This document shows positions 52,480 through 64,000 of a stretch of DNA of 64,000 nucleotides, piece after piece. Within the stretch, counting starts at the first letter, position 1. Every line of letters begins with the position of its first letter. The notes beneath the pieces were generated by a model. It was not told the DNA's origin, made no database searches, and was given only the letters and a program-made list of their open reading frames with translations. This DNA is from Camelus dromedarius (Eukaryota): contig NC_087438.1 of the NCBI RefSeq assembly GCF_036321535.1, positions 8,620,001 through 8,684,000 on the forward strand, written 5' to 3'. The position numbers were made by a program, and so were the translations under genes.

Positions 52480-54830
52480 TTTTTTAAAATGTTAGCTACA
52501 TGTATTATAAATTTCAGCCTATAAAATGTACAACCTGGTGAGTTTTTAAAATTTTTTTAGTATAATCACAGATATGTAATGATTACTAGTCTCTGATTTC
52601 AGAACATTTTCAACACCGAAAAAGGAAATTCATATTCATTAAATAACAGTCACTTCATTTCCCACTATACCCAGTCTGGGAGAACCACTAACTATACTCT
52701 CTCTAAAGATTTGCTTTCTCTGGACATTTCATCCAAAAGGAGTCATACAGTGTGTGGTCTTCTGTGATTGGCTTCATTCGCATAGCACGGTGTTCTTCAG
52801 GCTCCTTTGTTGTAGCATGTAACAGTACTTTATTTTTTTTTCATTGCCAAATAATAATCCAATGTATGGATATAGTACGTTTTGTTTAACAATTTATCAG
52901 CTGATGGACATTTGGACCATTTCATAATTTTTGGTTATTATGAATGTTGCTGTGAATAATTATACATATATTTTTTGCATGGACATATTTATTAAATTCT
53001 CTTGGGTATATACATATCTGGGAGTAGGATTGCTGGGTCATGTGGTAACTCTATGTTTAGCACTTTGAGAAACTACCAAATGTTTCCCCAAGCGCCTTCA
53101 CCAGCTTACATTCACATCAGTAATATACAAGCATTATAATTTCTCCTCAACTTGGCAACACTTATTATTTTCTATCTTTTTATTTTAGCCACCCTAGAGG
53201 GTGTTAACTGATTTCTCATTGTTGTTTTGATTGGCATTTCTCTAGTGACTAAAGATATTGAGCAAATTTTCTGTGGTTATTAGTGTTTCTAGATCTTATA
53301 TGGAAAAAAGTCTATTCAAATCTTCTGCCCAATTATAAATGGCTTATTTGGTTTTTTATTGTTGAATTGTAGGAGCCCTTCATATATTCTGGATCTAAGT
53401 TCCTAATACGATATATGACTTGCAAGTATATCTTGCCATTAAGTGGTTGCTTTTCGTTCTGGATAACATGCTTTGGAGAACCAAATGTTTTTATGATTTC
53501 TTTTAACAATTTTGTCATTTTAGCTCTTTTATTTGATGATCCATTTGTGTTAATTTGTGTATGACATAAAAAGGGGTTCAGCTTCATTCTTTCTCATGTG
53601 AGTATTCAGTTGCCCAAGACTATTTGTTGAACAACTATTCCTTCCCAATTGGAAGGTCTTGGCATCCTTGTCAAAAATCACTTGGTCAAATACAAAAGGT
53701 TTTATTTTTGGGTTCTCAATTCTATTCTTAAGTCTAGACTTATGCTGGTATCATAATCTCTTGATTTACTGTAGCTTTGTGGTAGGTTTTCAAATTGGGA
53801 GTTGTGAGTTTTTCAACTTTGTTCTTCGTTTTCAAGATTGTGTTGGTTATTCTGGTCCCTTGCATTTCTGTATGAATTTTATGATCACCTTGTCCATTTA
53901 CATAAAAAAGAAAGCCAGGTTTTTGATACATATTGTTTTAAACTGTAGGTCTGTTTTAAACTGTAGGTCAGTTTGATAAGTATTGCCATCTTAATATTCT
54001 ATTTCCCAATCCATGAATATGGTATATAGTTTCGTGCTGGCCTCAGCCTATCGACAACCAATGTTGTGGTCGGACCAGCCCTTGTGGTCCTTACTGTAAT
54101 TGCGAGATGCCCTTCAGCAATAACCGTCCAGAAACTTTGAAAACAATAAAGGCTTATTACGTACAGGACCTGGAAATTACACAGCACACCTCGGGCTATA
54201 CTGCGAGGGTGCCAGTAGAGAGAGAGGACAGGCAGGCCTGGGGTTCTGCTTTTATTTGGGTAGAGGATGGGGGCCTAGAGCTTCACAGGCACACTCTGTG
54301 TTGGTGAATTTAAAACACTAGAGCTGGAATTTAAAGCATGGGAAGAAAAAACAGAAGGTCCCAAATTGTCAGTTATTGAAATCCAACAAGATCTCTAAGA
54401 CAAAGAACACTGTCTGCGGCCTGGCCCTTTATCCAGTCCTGTGGTTGGTCCTGTGTTTGTTCTGAAAGCAGGTGCCTCTTTGAAGTGGATGCTTCAGCAA
54501 TTAAAGCTTAAGTCAGGCGCTGGCGTTACAGAAAGAAAAAAGCAGTCAGGGTTAACACTGCAGGCATTTTCCCACTTATTTAGGCATTGTTCGTTTATTT
54601 CTTTCAATAGTATTTTATAGATTTTTAGTGTAGAAGTTTTGCAGTTTTTTGGTTAAATTTAGCCCTAATAGTTTATTCTTTTTAATGCTTTTTAATTTTT
54701 TAAATGGATTTTTAAAAAAATTTATTTTTGAATTGTTCATTGGGAGTGCATCGAAGCACAACTGGCTTTCATGTATTGGTCTTGTTTCCTGCAGCCTTAC
54801 TGAACTTGATTATTGGTCCTAATAACATGT
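52480..54830 (-). mobile_element. L1MB-like element (3'UTR to ORF2), interrupted by an LTR
   Basis: Continuous antisense L1 text. ORF 53740-53931(-) TILKTKNKVEKLTTPNLKTYHKATV matches L1 ORF2p. Confidence 0.9.
54025..54562 (-). mobile_element. ERV1-type solo LTR (538 bp) nested in L1
   Basis: GC-richer block interrupting L1 between catgaatatggta and ttttcccacttatttagg. Near-inverted ends tatagt...actgca and a 4-bp TSD ggta/ggca. Confidence 0.75.
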
Positions 54831-54999
54831 ATGTGCGTGTGTGTGTGTGCGTGCGTGTGTGTGTGTATGGATTCCACAGGTATCTCCTCTGTGTCTGTCT
54901 GTCTGTCTCTGTCTATGTATATATGTGTGTATTTTGCTTTTTTCTTAAAATATACGTGTCATCCTTCACGAATTTTTGAAGAGTTTTTGGTAACTTTTT

Positions 55000-56600
55000 T
55001 TAGAATTCTGCATGGATTTTTGCAATTCATCCATATTAATATATGTAGTGGAATTTATTTTCACTGTTGTATTGAAAATACAGCTATTTAGTTTTCCTTG
55101 TTGATGGAATGTGGGTTTTTCAACACTTTTAACATGACAAAAATGCTACATTGGACATTTTTGTATAGGTCTTTCATTCTATAACTGTTGGTTCCTCCCT
55201 CCCTCCCTCTCTTCCTTCCTTCCTTCCTCTGTTCCTCCCTTTTTACTAATATAGAGTTAGGAATAAAATCTTTGAGTTATAAGTTTTTATATACATTCCT
55301 TTATCTTTAAAAGAGAATGCCAAACTGTTTTCCAAGTAGTTGAACAATTTACATTTCAACCTGTAATATACTAGTAACATTCCTCCCTCTTTTTTTTTCA
55401 ATCTGGCTCAAATAAAATGCTATATAATTGATGTCTTATCTCTATTTTTCTAATTGCTAATTGGGAATTTTTTTTTTGCTTCTGATCGTAGCATGTTTAT
55501 GTCTTTCACTCATTTTTTCCCATTATTTGTATTTTTCTTAATAATTTATATGATTTTTAATATATTCTGGATGCTAATCTTAATCAGTTATCTGTGTTGA
55601 AAATATCATCTCCTACAGTGAAGCTTATCTTTTTCCTTTCTTTTTTACAGTGTTCCAAGTGGAAAAAACATTTTTTAAAATAATGTAGTCAAAATATATT
55701 ATCATTTTACTTTATGGTTAATGATTTTCAGTATTATTTAAAAAAATCTTAGCCTAACCTATGAACATAAATACCTTCCTACAGTCTTTTCTATAAAATC
55801 TCATTTCACCTTTGAGCGTTTAAGTCTAATCCAATGGAGCTTTATTTTTATTTGTGGAAATGGTCCTAGCACTGTTCACTGCATATTCCTTCACTGTCTC
55901 ATGTATTTGCAAGACTGGATCTCTCTTACATCAAGTTGCCCCAGTTCATGTTTTCTTTCTGTCCTCTATGTTATTATGTGTTTATCCCTGTGCTACAAAT
56001 CTACGGCCTGTCTTAGTGGCTGGCAGACACATCCAGCTATCTTGCTTTCCTTAAGAGTAACTAGACCATTTGAGGGGCTTTTAAATATTTATACTCATTT
56101 TTAGAACTTTCTATTCATGTTTCAGTTCAGACTTGAGTTGAAATTGCTTTCAATCCGCAGATCATAATGGTTAACACATTTTGAGCCTTATTTTAAAGAT
56201 CTCAATCTAACCTCTGATCTTAAAGACCCCCTTTTTTTTTTTCAGTCTTTTAAAATTCATTGTATGGAATTCTTGGCCGACTTCCATCTGATTTCTCTTA
56301 AGAATACTGTTTGTTTGTTGCTAGAGTAAAAGGGCCTTCTTAATTAGATTCTCTGTTTATTACTTTGTTAATACCATTTTTCTATTGATAGTCTATTCAG
56401 CCACCCTTATTTATAATACTTTATGGGCAGATTCTCTTGGATTTTCTATGTAAGGAGTCATTTTTATCTGCATATAAAACAGTTTTGTTTTTCCAGGCTT
56501 TTCCTTTTTACTTTCATTTTTATTTTTCCTGCAGTTTATTAGTTGGAAGAAGTCAGGTTGTTTGTACGATGAACTACCATAATCGGGATTTGCCTGTGAT
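55000..56600 (-). mobile_element. Ancient L1 (L1ME-like) fragments
   Basis: aatgccaaactgttttccaag, tatattctggatgctaatc and other antisense L1 motifs; diverged. Confidence 0.65.
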
Positions 56601-56679
56601 TTTGTATAGCTTGCTCTTCTGTCTCCTGAATTTCCTATCTCTAGATTACTAGTTAAATCTAGAGACTTGATCAGACCTA

Positions 56680-56803
56680 CCTTTCTTCTTTCTTTCTTCT
56701 TCTCTTTCTTTCTTCTTCTCTTTCTTTCTTCTTCTCTTTCTTTCTTCCTTTCTTCCTTCCTTCCTTCCTTCCTTCCTTCCTTCCTTCCTTCCTTCCTTCC
56801 TTC

Positions 56804-56885
<82 letters not shown>

Positions 56886-56932
56886 CTCTCTCTCTCTCTC
56901 TCTCTCTCCCTCTTCCTTCCTTCCTTCCTTTT
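56680..56932. repeat. Compound (TTC)/(TTCC)n/(TTTC)n/(TC)n microsatellite
   Basis: About 250 bp of pure pyrimidine on plus. Confidence 0.97.
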
Positions 56933-57029
56933 GCATATTTATTAGGTGGTTTTGTGTACTTCCAACAGGAGACCTGTAAATGTGTATTTGTTTCATTTTT
57001 TAAGCTGTTAGCCGTACTTCATGATCATT

Positions 57030-57560
57030 GCTTAGAACTAACTGATAGATTTCAAAATATGGTCACAAATTCTTCTCACTCCATTATCCCTGCTCTCTCT
57101 GCAACGGACTTTCCCACTCTTACCATTAAGATAAAGGATTCACTTCCCACTCTCTTGACTCTGGGCTGACATTGTGACTTACTGTGATGGACATAATTTA
57201 GTGGATGTAAATTTGAGGGTTTGAAGCCTAGGACCCAAGAGAGACCTTTTTGCCTTCTTGCTGCCCCATAACTATTAGTTGAAGAAATTTAAGATAGCCT
57301 CTTAAATATGAAAAATAGTGGGTAGAGATAGAGGCCGAGCTGGTAGTTCCAACTGACAGATGTGTGAGTGAAACTCTCTCTGTTGGCATGTCTGACTAGT
57401 TCCATGTACACGATTCGGGAGAGATAAGCAGGAGACCTGTCTGGTTAAGTCCTTACATTCCCAGAATTGCTCCTCCAAAGAATTGTAAGCTAACACATGA
57501 CTGTTCTTTTAAATGGCTATTTTTGGGAAGATTTATTACAGATTAATGGATAACTGATAC
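57030..57560 (+). mobile_element. MLT1 LTR (F/G/H-like)
   Basis: tttcaaaatatggtcacaaattctt...cttgactctgggctg...ttttgggaagatttattacagattaatggataactgatac. Confidence 0.75.
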
Positions 57561-58059
57561 AATCTTTTAATTAATTCCAGATTATGAAATGGTGATATTC
57601 TAATTCTATCAGTGCTTTCTTACAATCTGCAATACTTCTATAATAAGGAACTTTCCTACATCAACTATATTGTTACCTTAAGGTACAGTTCATTTAGGGA
57701 AAAAAATACAGAAAACTAAATTAATTCCATCCCTTTATCTACCAGTTTTGAAATTAATTACTTGGTTTCTTAATACACTTTAAAGATATGCAATGCATTT
57801 CTCCCCTATCATTACAAACTCATGGATTTAAACATATTAAATGCATCTGTACCTAAAGAGCCCAATTTTTTATTAGTTGAAGTTGTAGATAGGATCTTGC
57901 AGCTCTTGATTTCCACTTTTCCAACAATTTTTTTTATAACAGAAATTGACCTCAAAGAATCACAGATGTCAAACTTGTTTCTCTGATAACGCAGAGTTTA
58001 AAGAACAACTGCCCTTTGCCTTAATTAAAATAATCTGTTGTCCAAGACATACCCAAACA

Positions 58060-58250
58060 TTGATTTCAGAATACTGTAGCCACTTTCTACCTGGGTGGTC
58101 TAGAGCAAGTCTTGATTTCTTCTGAGCCTCACTTTACTCACCTTTAAATAGGAATAATTTTACTCGATAAAATATTTATAAAAATTAAGTTAGACCACAT
58201 GTGGAAAGGTTCCTCCTGGGGTTTCTGGTCCATAGTAGGCACTCAGAAAA
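58060..58250 (+). mobile_element. MIR fragment
   Basis: gcaagtcttgatttcttctgagcctcactttactcacctttaaataggaataat...catagtaggcactcag. Confidence 0.65.
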
Positions 58251-61200
58251 CTTTAAGTCTTTTTATTTTTTAGCTTCTTTTCTACCCCCTTCTCTGTGGC
58301 AGAAATTGCTGCAAATTCCTTTATGATACCAGACTACTTGATTTGATCAACATTCAAATATCGTTCCAGAAGAGAAGAGATGGGGTGTATTTTAATTCCT
58401 CTTTAATTTTTGACATGTCCTAATCATATTGAACTATTTGTAATTTAATATGTTCCCAGTGACCAGTTGAACGCGTTATATACGAATTTACAAAATTTTA
58501 TTTGTGAAAAGCATATTTGAATGATACATATTTAGCTGCCAAATTTACTTTGCTAATTAAACATTCTTGAGCACAGTCATTATATTTTTGATCTAATTTA
58601 AAAGCTTAAAGAATTTAAAAGAACTGCTGCTTCCTTTCACTCTCCTCCCTTGCCCACAAACTGTGCCCTTTCAATAATCTTGAGTGTCATACCAGGCAGT
58701 GACAAGTGGCAAGAGAGACCATGGAGGTCAAACCACTAATTTCAGTGCTCCGTTTTAGAGCTGGCCTCACTTTCAAAATGAAAGAAATTTAAAATACTGG
58801 CTTAAATGAGACCTCATGAGTATCTCTGGGTTTTTATTATCTCTGATTTCATATTAATGCTTTAAATTTTCAGTGGGAAAAAAAGGAAGAAAAATAACCC
58901 TCTGGTTCTTTCCTGGCTCCCAAAGTTCCCTTAGATCTTCTAGATCTAGTTAACATGTTAGACATTTAGAAACCACCCTGGAAAAATTCTCTTTGGGTTA
59001 GCAGCTGAGAATACCATCAGACCCTTTTGTGATTAAATAGAGAAATTCTGAAAAGACTAGAGAAAGAGCAAAGATATGAACCAAGCCTGTGAGCCAATGC
59101 AAGATGGAATCTGACACAGCCCAGGCATGCAAGATACATCTCATGTAGGGTAAATACTGGTCAGTCTCCTCCTTGGCCTCCAACAGTCCTTGGATTTTAG
59201 TTTCCCATTTTTGTAGAGTGCCCTTCCCTTCTAATCTCCTCTCCTAACATTTCTGTTTCTATGGGTAATGGCAACATCTTTCTATCCCATAGACGCTCTA
59301 TGTTTTTCCCATTTCGCTGTCTACATGAGAACAACCCACTGAGTAGAAAAATTGCAATTTCAAAAATACATGCCCTGTTGGGACTTTGCAAACTGGTTTA
59401 TAAATTTCCTAACCCTTATCTAGTCACAAATTCTCCTCTTTCTGATTTTGTTGTTATTGTTGTTGTTGTTGCTGTTGTTACAACTCACGCAAATAAAATG
59501 GACTCACAAAACCCGTGATATTACATTGCACAAAAGCCTGGTACACAACAAGGAATAAACAGATATTTCTGAATGACTAAAACTAACATGCTTACTGTAG
59601 GTTAACATGCCTAAGCGACTTCATCTGTTGCTCTAATTTATTTTGTGCATTTCCAAGTACTTTAATATGGGTACATGTTACAATCAAAGAACTAACCAGT
59701 TAAATATGCTTTCATCGGGGAAAAAATAAAGATTTGTGCTTTGAACTTTATACATAAGCAAGTCATAACATGAAATATGTTTTGATTTCACTTTCTATCT
59801 TTAAATTTCACAACATAAAGCTGAACTCAATCAATCACCTTTTATTAAGCTTTAATTTAAACTAATTCAATTTATACTGGGGATTAAATTATAAATAGTT
59901 TCCCACTTTACTCCTCTAGGTATTTTACCTTAAACTTCCTGCCATCTCGTTGAACTCCTCAAGAGGGTCTGAATTTTTATTATAGTAATAATAACAACCA
60001 ATGTCTCAATTTCCTCATTGCAAAAAAAGACACTTTGTGAGGTTTAATTGTGACATAGCATTTGATATAGAAAACAACAGATAAATAACAGCTAGGATTA
60101 TTTACAGAATATATTTTCACAAGGAAACAATATATAGTTGTGCATTAAGTTATTTATCTTCAGAAGAAAGAACAGATGCTAATTAATGTTGAATTTCTTT
60201 TTCCACAGGAAGAGAGACCCTCTTGAGCTAAATCAAGAAAAATGAGGAGGAGGCTTACTCCAAGGATTCCATAGCAACCTGGGTCATAGATGTCAAGAAA
60301 GGAAGGAGAATGTTGCCGGGCCTGAGAAGACCTGGGATCCTGGGCTTAAGGCAGCTTTCTCTGACCATGAACACACCGATGATGATCTCTTTTAATTTTT
60401 CTTGTGTGTGATGCTCATTGTGTTGTTGTTGTTGGTAGGCCCAGATTTCTCTGATGCTCAAAGAGTACAGAGGCACCTCTCTGACTCTGGGAAAAGGTGA
60501 ATGAAGAAGTACCTATGAAGACAGGGCTCCAGGCAGCTGAGACATTTGCAGTTTTTCTCTGCGTGTCTTTTACTCATGACTTCTTTTCTCTGTGTGTCTG
60601 CTGCTTTTTGTCTGTCTCTTACCGACTGTATCTGGATATTTACAGTTCTACCCACTTCCCTGGGTCCTTTGCTCCATGGAGCTTGGTCCAGTCTCAGAGC
60701 CCCATGACCTGTCTTCCCAAGACTTCATCCTCAGATTGTCTTCTCCGTGGATGCAGATTCCTGAGAGAGAGAGACTATAAGGAAAGATGTCAGCTTAACT
60801 CTGTGAAAGCATCCATTGCTGATGGGCAGTTCTTGGCCCAGCTGATTCACTGAGCCTCGGTGGTTCACAGAGTACTGCACTGGCCATTCTGTGGGCAGAG
60901 TCCCAGAGCAAGCAAGGGATACACCTAGAGGAAGACGTGAGAAGGGTAAGGAGTGACTGGTACGCCAGGTAGAAGAAAGTGTGGATCCTAATTTCCAAGG
61001 AAAGTCATCACACTACCTTGGATAAATTCTTCAAAAATATTAAAACATGAAAATCTTTTGAAATGATGTAAAATAGAGTTAACTATCAGTGGGCAAAAAA
61101 AATTTTTTTTGAGCCACTGCCAAGAGGTTTTGTGTTTATTTTGGCACATAGAAGAAATAACTGTGAATCCCTAAATCGTGGAGCAATTCTTTTCATTAGG

Positions 61201-62169
61201 AATATGTGATTAAGTGAGCCGGCCTAAAATAGTTCTGGTCTTTAAAGAAAGTCTCCCTCTAACGGGACCACTGAAGCAGAAGCATAGATCATAGATAAAA
61301 CAGAGAACAGTGCTGGAAAGGCATAAACACAGGCGTAAGGTTCCATTTCCTTCTCTTGTTTATTATCTCCTCTTATTTCCTTTTAGAAAAGGCAGCACTG
61401 GAGAGCCAAAATCGCCACCCTGAAAATCTATTTTTCAACCCTTTCCCCCCACTCGCCAAATCCCCGTTCACTTTATGAGGTCTGTGGCCCCACTTCCTGG
61501 CTTCTTCCATCATTAGTGTTTTGCTTCCTCCCACTCGCCAATAAGGGGTAGAAGGGGAGCAAATTATGAAGCTGGGTTTCCACATTGTGGAATTTAACTG
61601 TCCCATTTGTCACCAAAGAACACAGCCCCGAAGTGTCTCTGTCCAGCATAATCCTCGGATGATTTGAGAGACCTTGTAGTTATGGATGGCTGTGGAAGAC
61701 CAAGCTGAGTCTCTAGCCGTCAGATTCCATCGTTAATTAAGGCAGATCACCTGAGCATTGCATCCGGGGACCACCTGGTTCTGAAAACGTGCAGAATTGC
61801 AGTTGCATTGGGGCGGTTTCCCGCTGACACCCAAGAAAGGCTGCGGCAGGAAACAGCAGGAAGACTGAATGACCCGCAGGGAAGCATATCAGTGTGTCCT
61901 GTGCTCCCCACCCCTCCCGCCCAGATGTCCTCTGTGAGACCCACTGAGAGCAGTTACTACAGTTAATATCCGGGGGGAGTTCTGCTGCTTGAAGATGATA
62001 TTTTTTCTTCCGTGACAATGAGAATTAAATGGGTAACCATCTGCAGCTCTCTTAATCAAAGAAGGAAGTGCAGTCAGGAAACTCCCAACCAAAATCTGGA
62101 CTTTTCTCAGGTTCTCCTTCCTCCAGCCCAGCCCTATCATACACACTGGACATCAGGTGCCTCCCCTCA

Positions 62170-62301
62170 GAAGAAAAAAAAAGAAAAAAAAAAAAAAAGG
62201 AAAAGAAGAAAAGAAAAAGGTAAAAAGAAGAAAAGGAAAAAAGTTTTTTAAAAATTAAAAAAAAAAGAAAAAGAAAGAAAAAGAAAGAAAGAAAGAGAAA
62301 G
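62170..62301. repeat. A-rich low-complexity / (GAAA)n tract
   Basis: Direct read. Confidence 0.9.
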
Positions 62302-63592
62302 AGCACCTCCAGGCAGAGACACCCTGAGGTGCAGTGACCCTGCGACTTTGCACCTGTCTCCCGGTCAGTTCACGTGTGATAAAGCCCATGCTGTTACCAC
62401 AAGTGTCTAAGCCACATCTAGCTCTTCCTTCACATATGTGACTTCAGAATCCAGACACATCAGACATCTGAGTGAAATTTACCACATGTGAGACTTTTAT
62501 AAAAAAAACAACATCATTAAATAAACTTGACGCTTCCCGTCTGTGCTAAACCTCTCCTGTCCAGGACCGCTGGGGCCACAGGGGGCCATTCTCTGCCCTG
62601 AGCCCAGCCCTTCACAGAGGGGACTGAGCCCGGATCCACCAAGCATTTCCCTCAGGCAGTCAGCTTGTCGACATCAGTGAGTGTGGCAATGGAGAGAACA
62701 TTGGTTTCTCTCTTTCATACATACGGCACGGAAAAAAAGGACGCTGGCCTGATGAGGGAGGAGATTCGGTAAACAGAAGTGAGATGAGCTGGGTGAGGAG
62801 GAAGAAAATCAGAAGGGCACCCAATGCCCGCCTCCTGTCCCTTCCGGAAGCCGGGCCTGCCTCCCTCCTGCTGGTCCAGGAGCCCCCAGTCTCCCCTTGG
62901 TCTGCTCCCCACCCCCTTCCTGTGGTCCAGGGGGGCCTGGGATCACTGCATACTTGTTGCCTTGCTTTGATTTTAATTGGATTATAATTAGATTCAATCT
63001 CAGACATACACACCCAGAATGTAGGTTTTTATTTTAAAATGATCAGAATCTTGCACATTACTATGTACACAGTGGGTTCTCTCTCTCTTAACATAATATA
63101 TATAATTCCATAAATTAAGAATTAACGTATTCATTCTTGTGGCCTTGGTTTCTGTCCACATCCCAAGGGTCTCATAAATCATTAACTGTCCCCTAACTCC
63201 TGGAGCCCGGCCACGTGAAATGGTTCTCCATCCTCACGTTGTCTGCAGCCTTGGTCCCACACCGCCTCTCCACCTGAGTCCCACGTGGACCTGTTCCACA
63301 GGTAACACCCCGACCTGCCGCCGGTCTCTGCAGCTGGGCCGGTTCTGCCCTTCCTACTGCTACTGTACCAGACGCAGGGCATCTGCCCCTCCTCCCGCAT
63401 CGGCTCTCCCTGTCACTCAGGCTTCTCTCTGGCCAGAGCCCCATCACCAGCTCTGGGTCGACACCTCACACTGCAGGACTTAGCTCTGAATCTTCCAGAA
63501 CACAGCCGGAGCCCCTGCCCCTCCTCCTCCCCCTAGATTACTGCCAGCTTTATCTCAGCCCCACCGTTAAGGCCCAGAGAAACTTACCTTCC

Positions 63593-64000
63593 TTTTTTTT
63601 TTTTTTTTTTTTTTAACTTTACACACTTTTTTGTTATTAAATGAGAAAATCTCATTTGTTACATCATCACATGGGTAGTCAGAGAGATGCTTCAGTGACG
63701 AAGAAAGTCCATGTGGGGTCAACCAAGTCCTCCTTTCTGCAACATTTGCTTACAAAAGGATGCTCAACACAGCCCAACACAACATTCTTGGTTGTCTTCA
63801 TATTGAAGTCCCCCCCCAAATCGTCTTCTATTGGGGTGTTTTACTACATAAATTATAGTTCTTCATTTTTACAATTCACCCCAAACTCTGTGAGAGATGC
63901 AGTACACTCACATTTCTAAAGCTCTTAGGAACTCCTCCCCACATCATGGTCAGCTGATGTATCCCTGCTACTTGTCCCCGTGTTGTCATTCTTCATAGTG
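63593..64000 (-). pseudogene. DAZAP2: Processed pseudogene 3'UTR with poly(A); parent tentatively DAZAP2 (extends beyond window)
   Basis: T22 at 63593-63614 preceded on minus by a variant signal (AATAAC) about 20 nt upstream. The non-TE sequence (gatgtaacaaatgagattttctcatttaata; attgtaaaaatgaagaactataatttatgtag) matches my recollection of the DAZAP2 3'UTR. The parent identity is memory-based and unverified. Confidence 0.55.

Noticed and set aside
53933..53968. 18-bp tandem duplication (tgttttaaactgtaggtc)x2; similar short duplications at ~17606 and ~24400
   Set aside because: Ordinary slippage events.
56649..56996. K/E/R-rich and F/S/L-rich ORFs
   Set aside because: They are translations of the microsatellite.
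62012..62306. Lys-rich ORFs
   Set aside because: They are translations of the A-rich tract.
1..64000. Remaining short ORFs in the six-frame track; prokaryote-type systems
   Set aside because: The ORFs are of chance length, often start at non-ATG codons or lie in TEs. There is no operon-like coding density, rRNA, tRNA gene or CRISPR array.

Overview
AT-rich mammalian genomic DNA with no recognisable intact protein-coding gene. It is probably camelid, judged from two tRNA-derived Vic-1-type SINEs and young artiodactyl-type L1 3' ends. Most of the window is a TE fossil record: L1 of several ages, L2/MIR, MaLR (MLT1) LTRs, ERV1 solo LTRs with target-site duplications (TSDs), MER2/Charlie DNA transposons and microsatellites. 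The main structure, largely invisible in the ORF track, is a degraded class-I (gamma-like) endogenous provirus on the minus strand at about 14,076-17,509. Its order is 5'LTR fused directly to RNase H, integrase, a duplicated integrase-core segment, env (SU CWxC, furin site, ISD/CX6CC, TM anchor), PPT and 3'LTR. Other notable items are an apparent L1 3'-transduction (3051-3448), an ERV1 solo LTR with an intact Oct/CCAAT/TATA cassette nested in an MLT1, and a retrocopy 3'UTR with poly(A) at the window end, sitting beside a perfect splice donor. I see no evidence for a novel enzymatic or defence system. Repeat subfamily names are from memory of consensus sequences and need RepeatMasker/Dfam confirmation.
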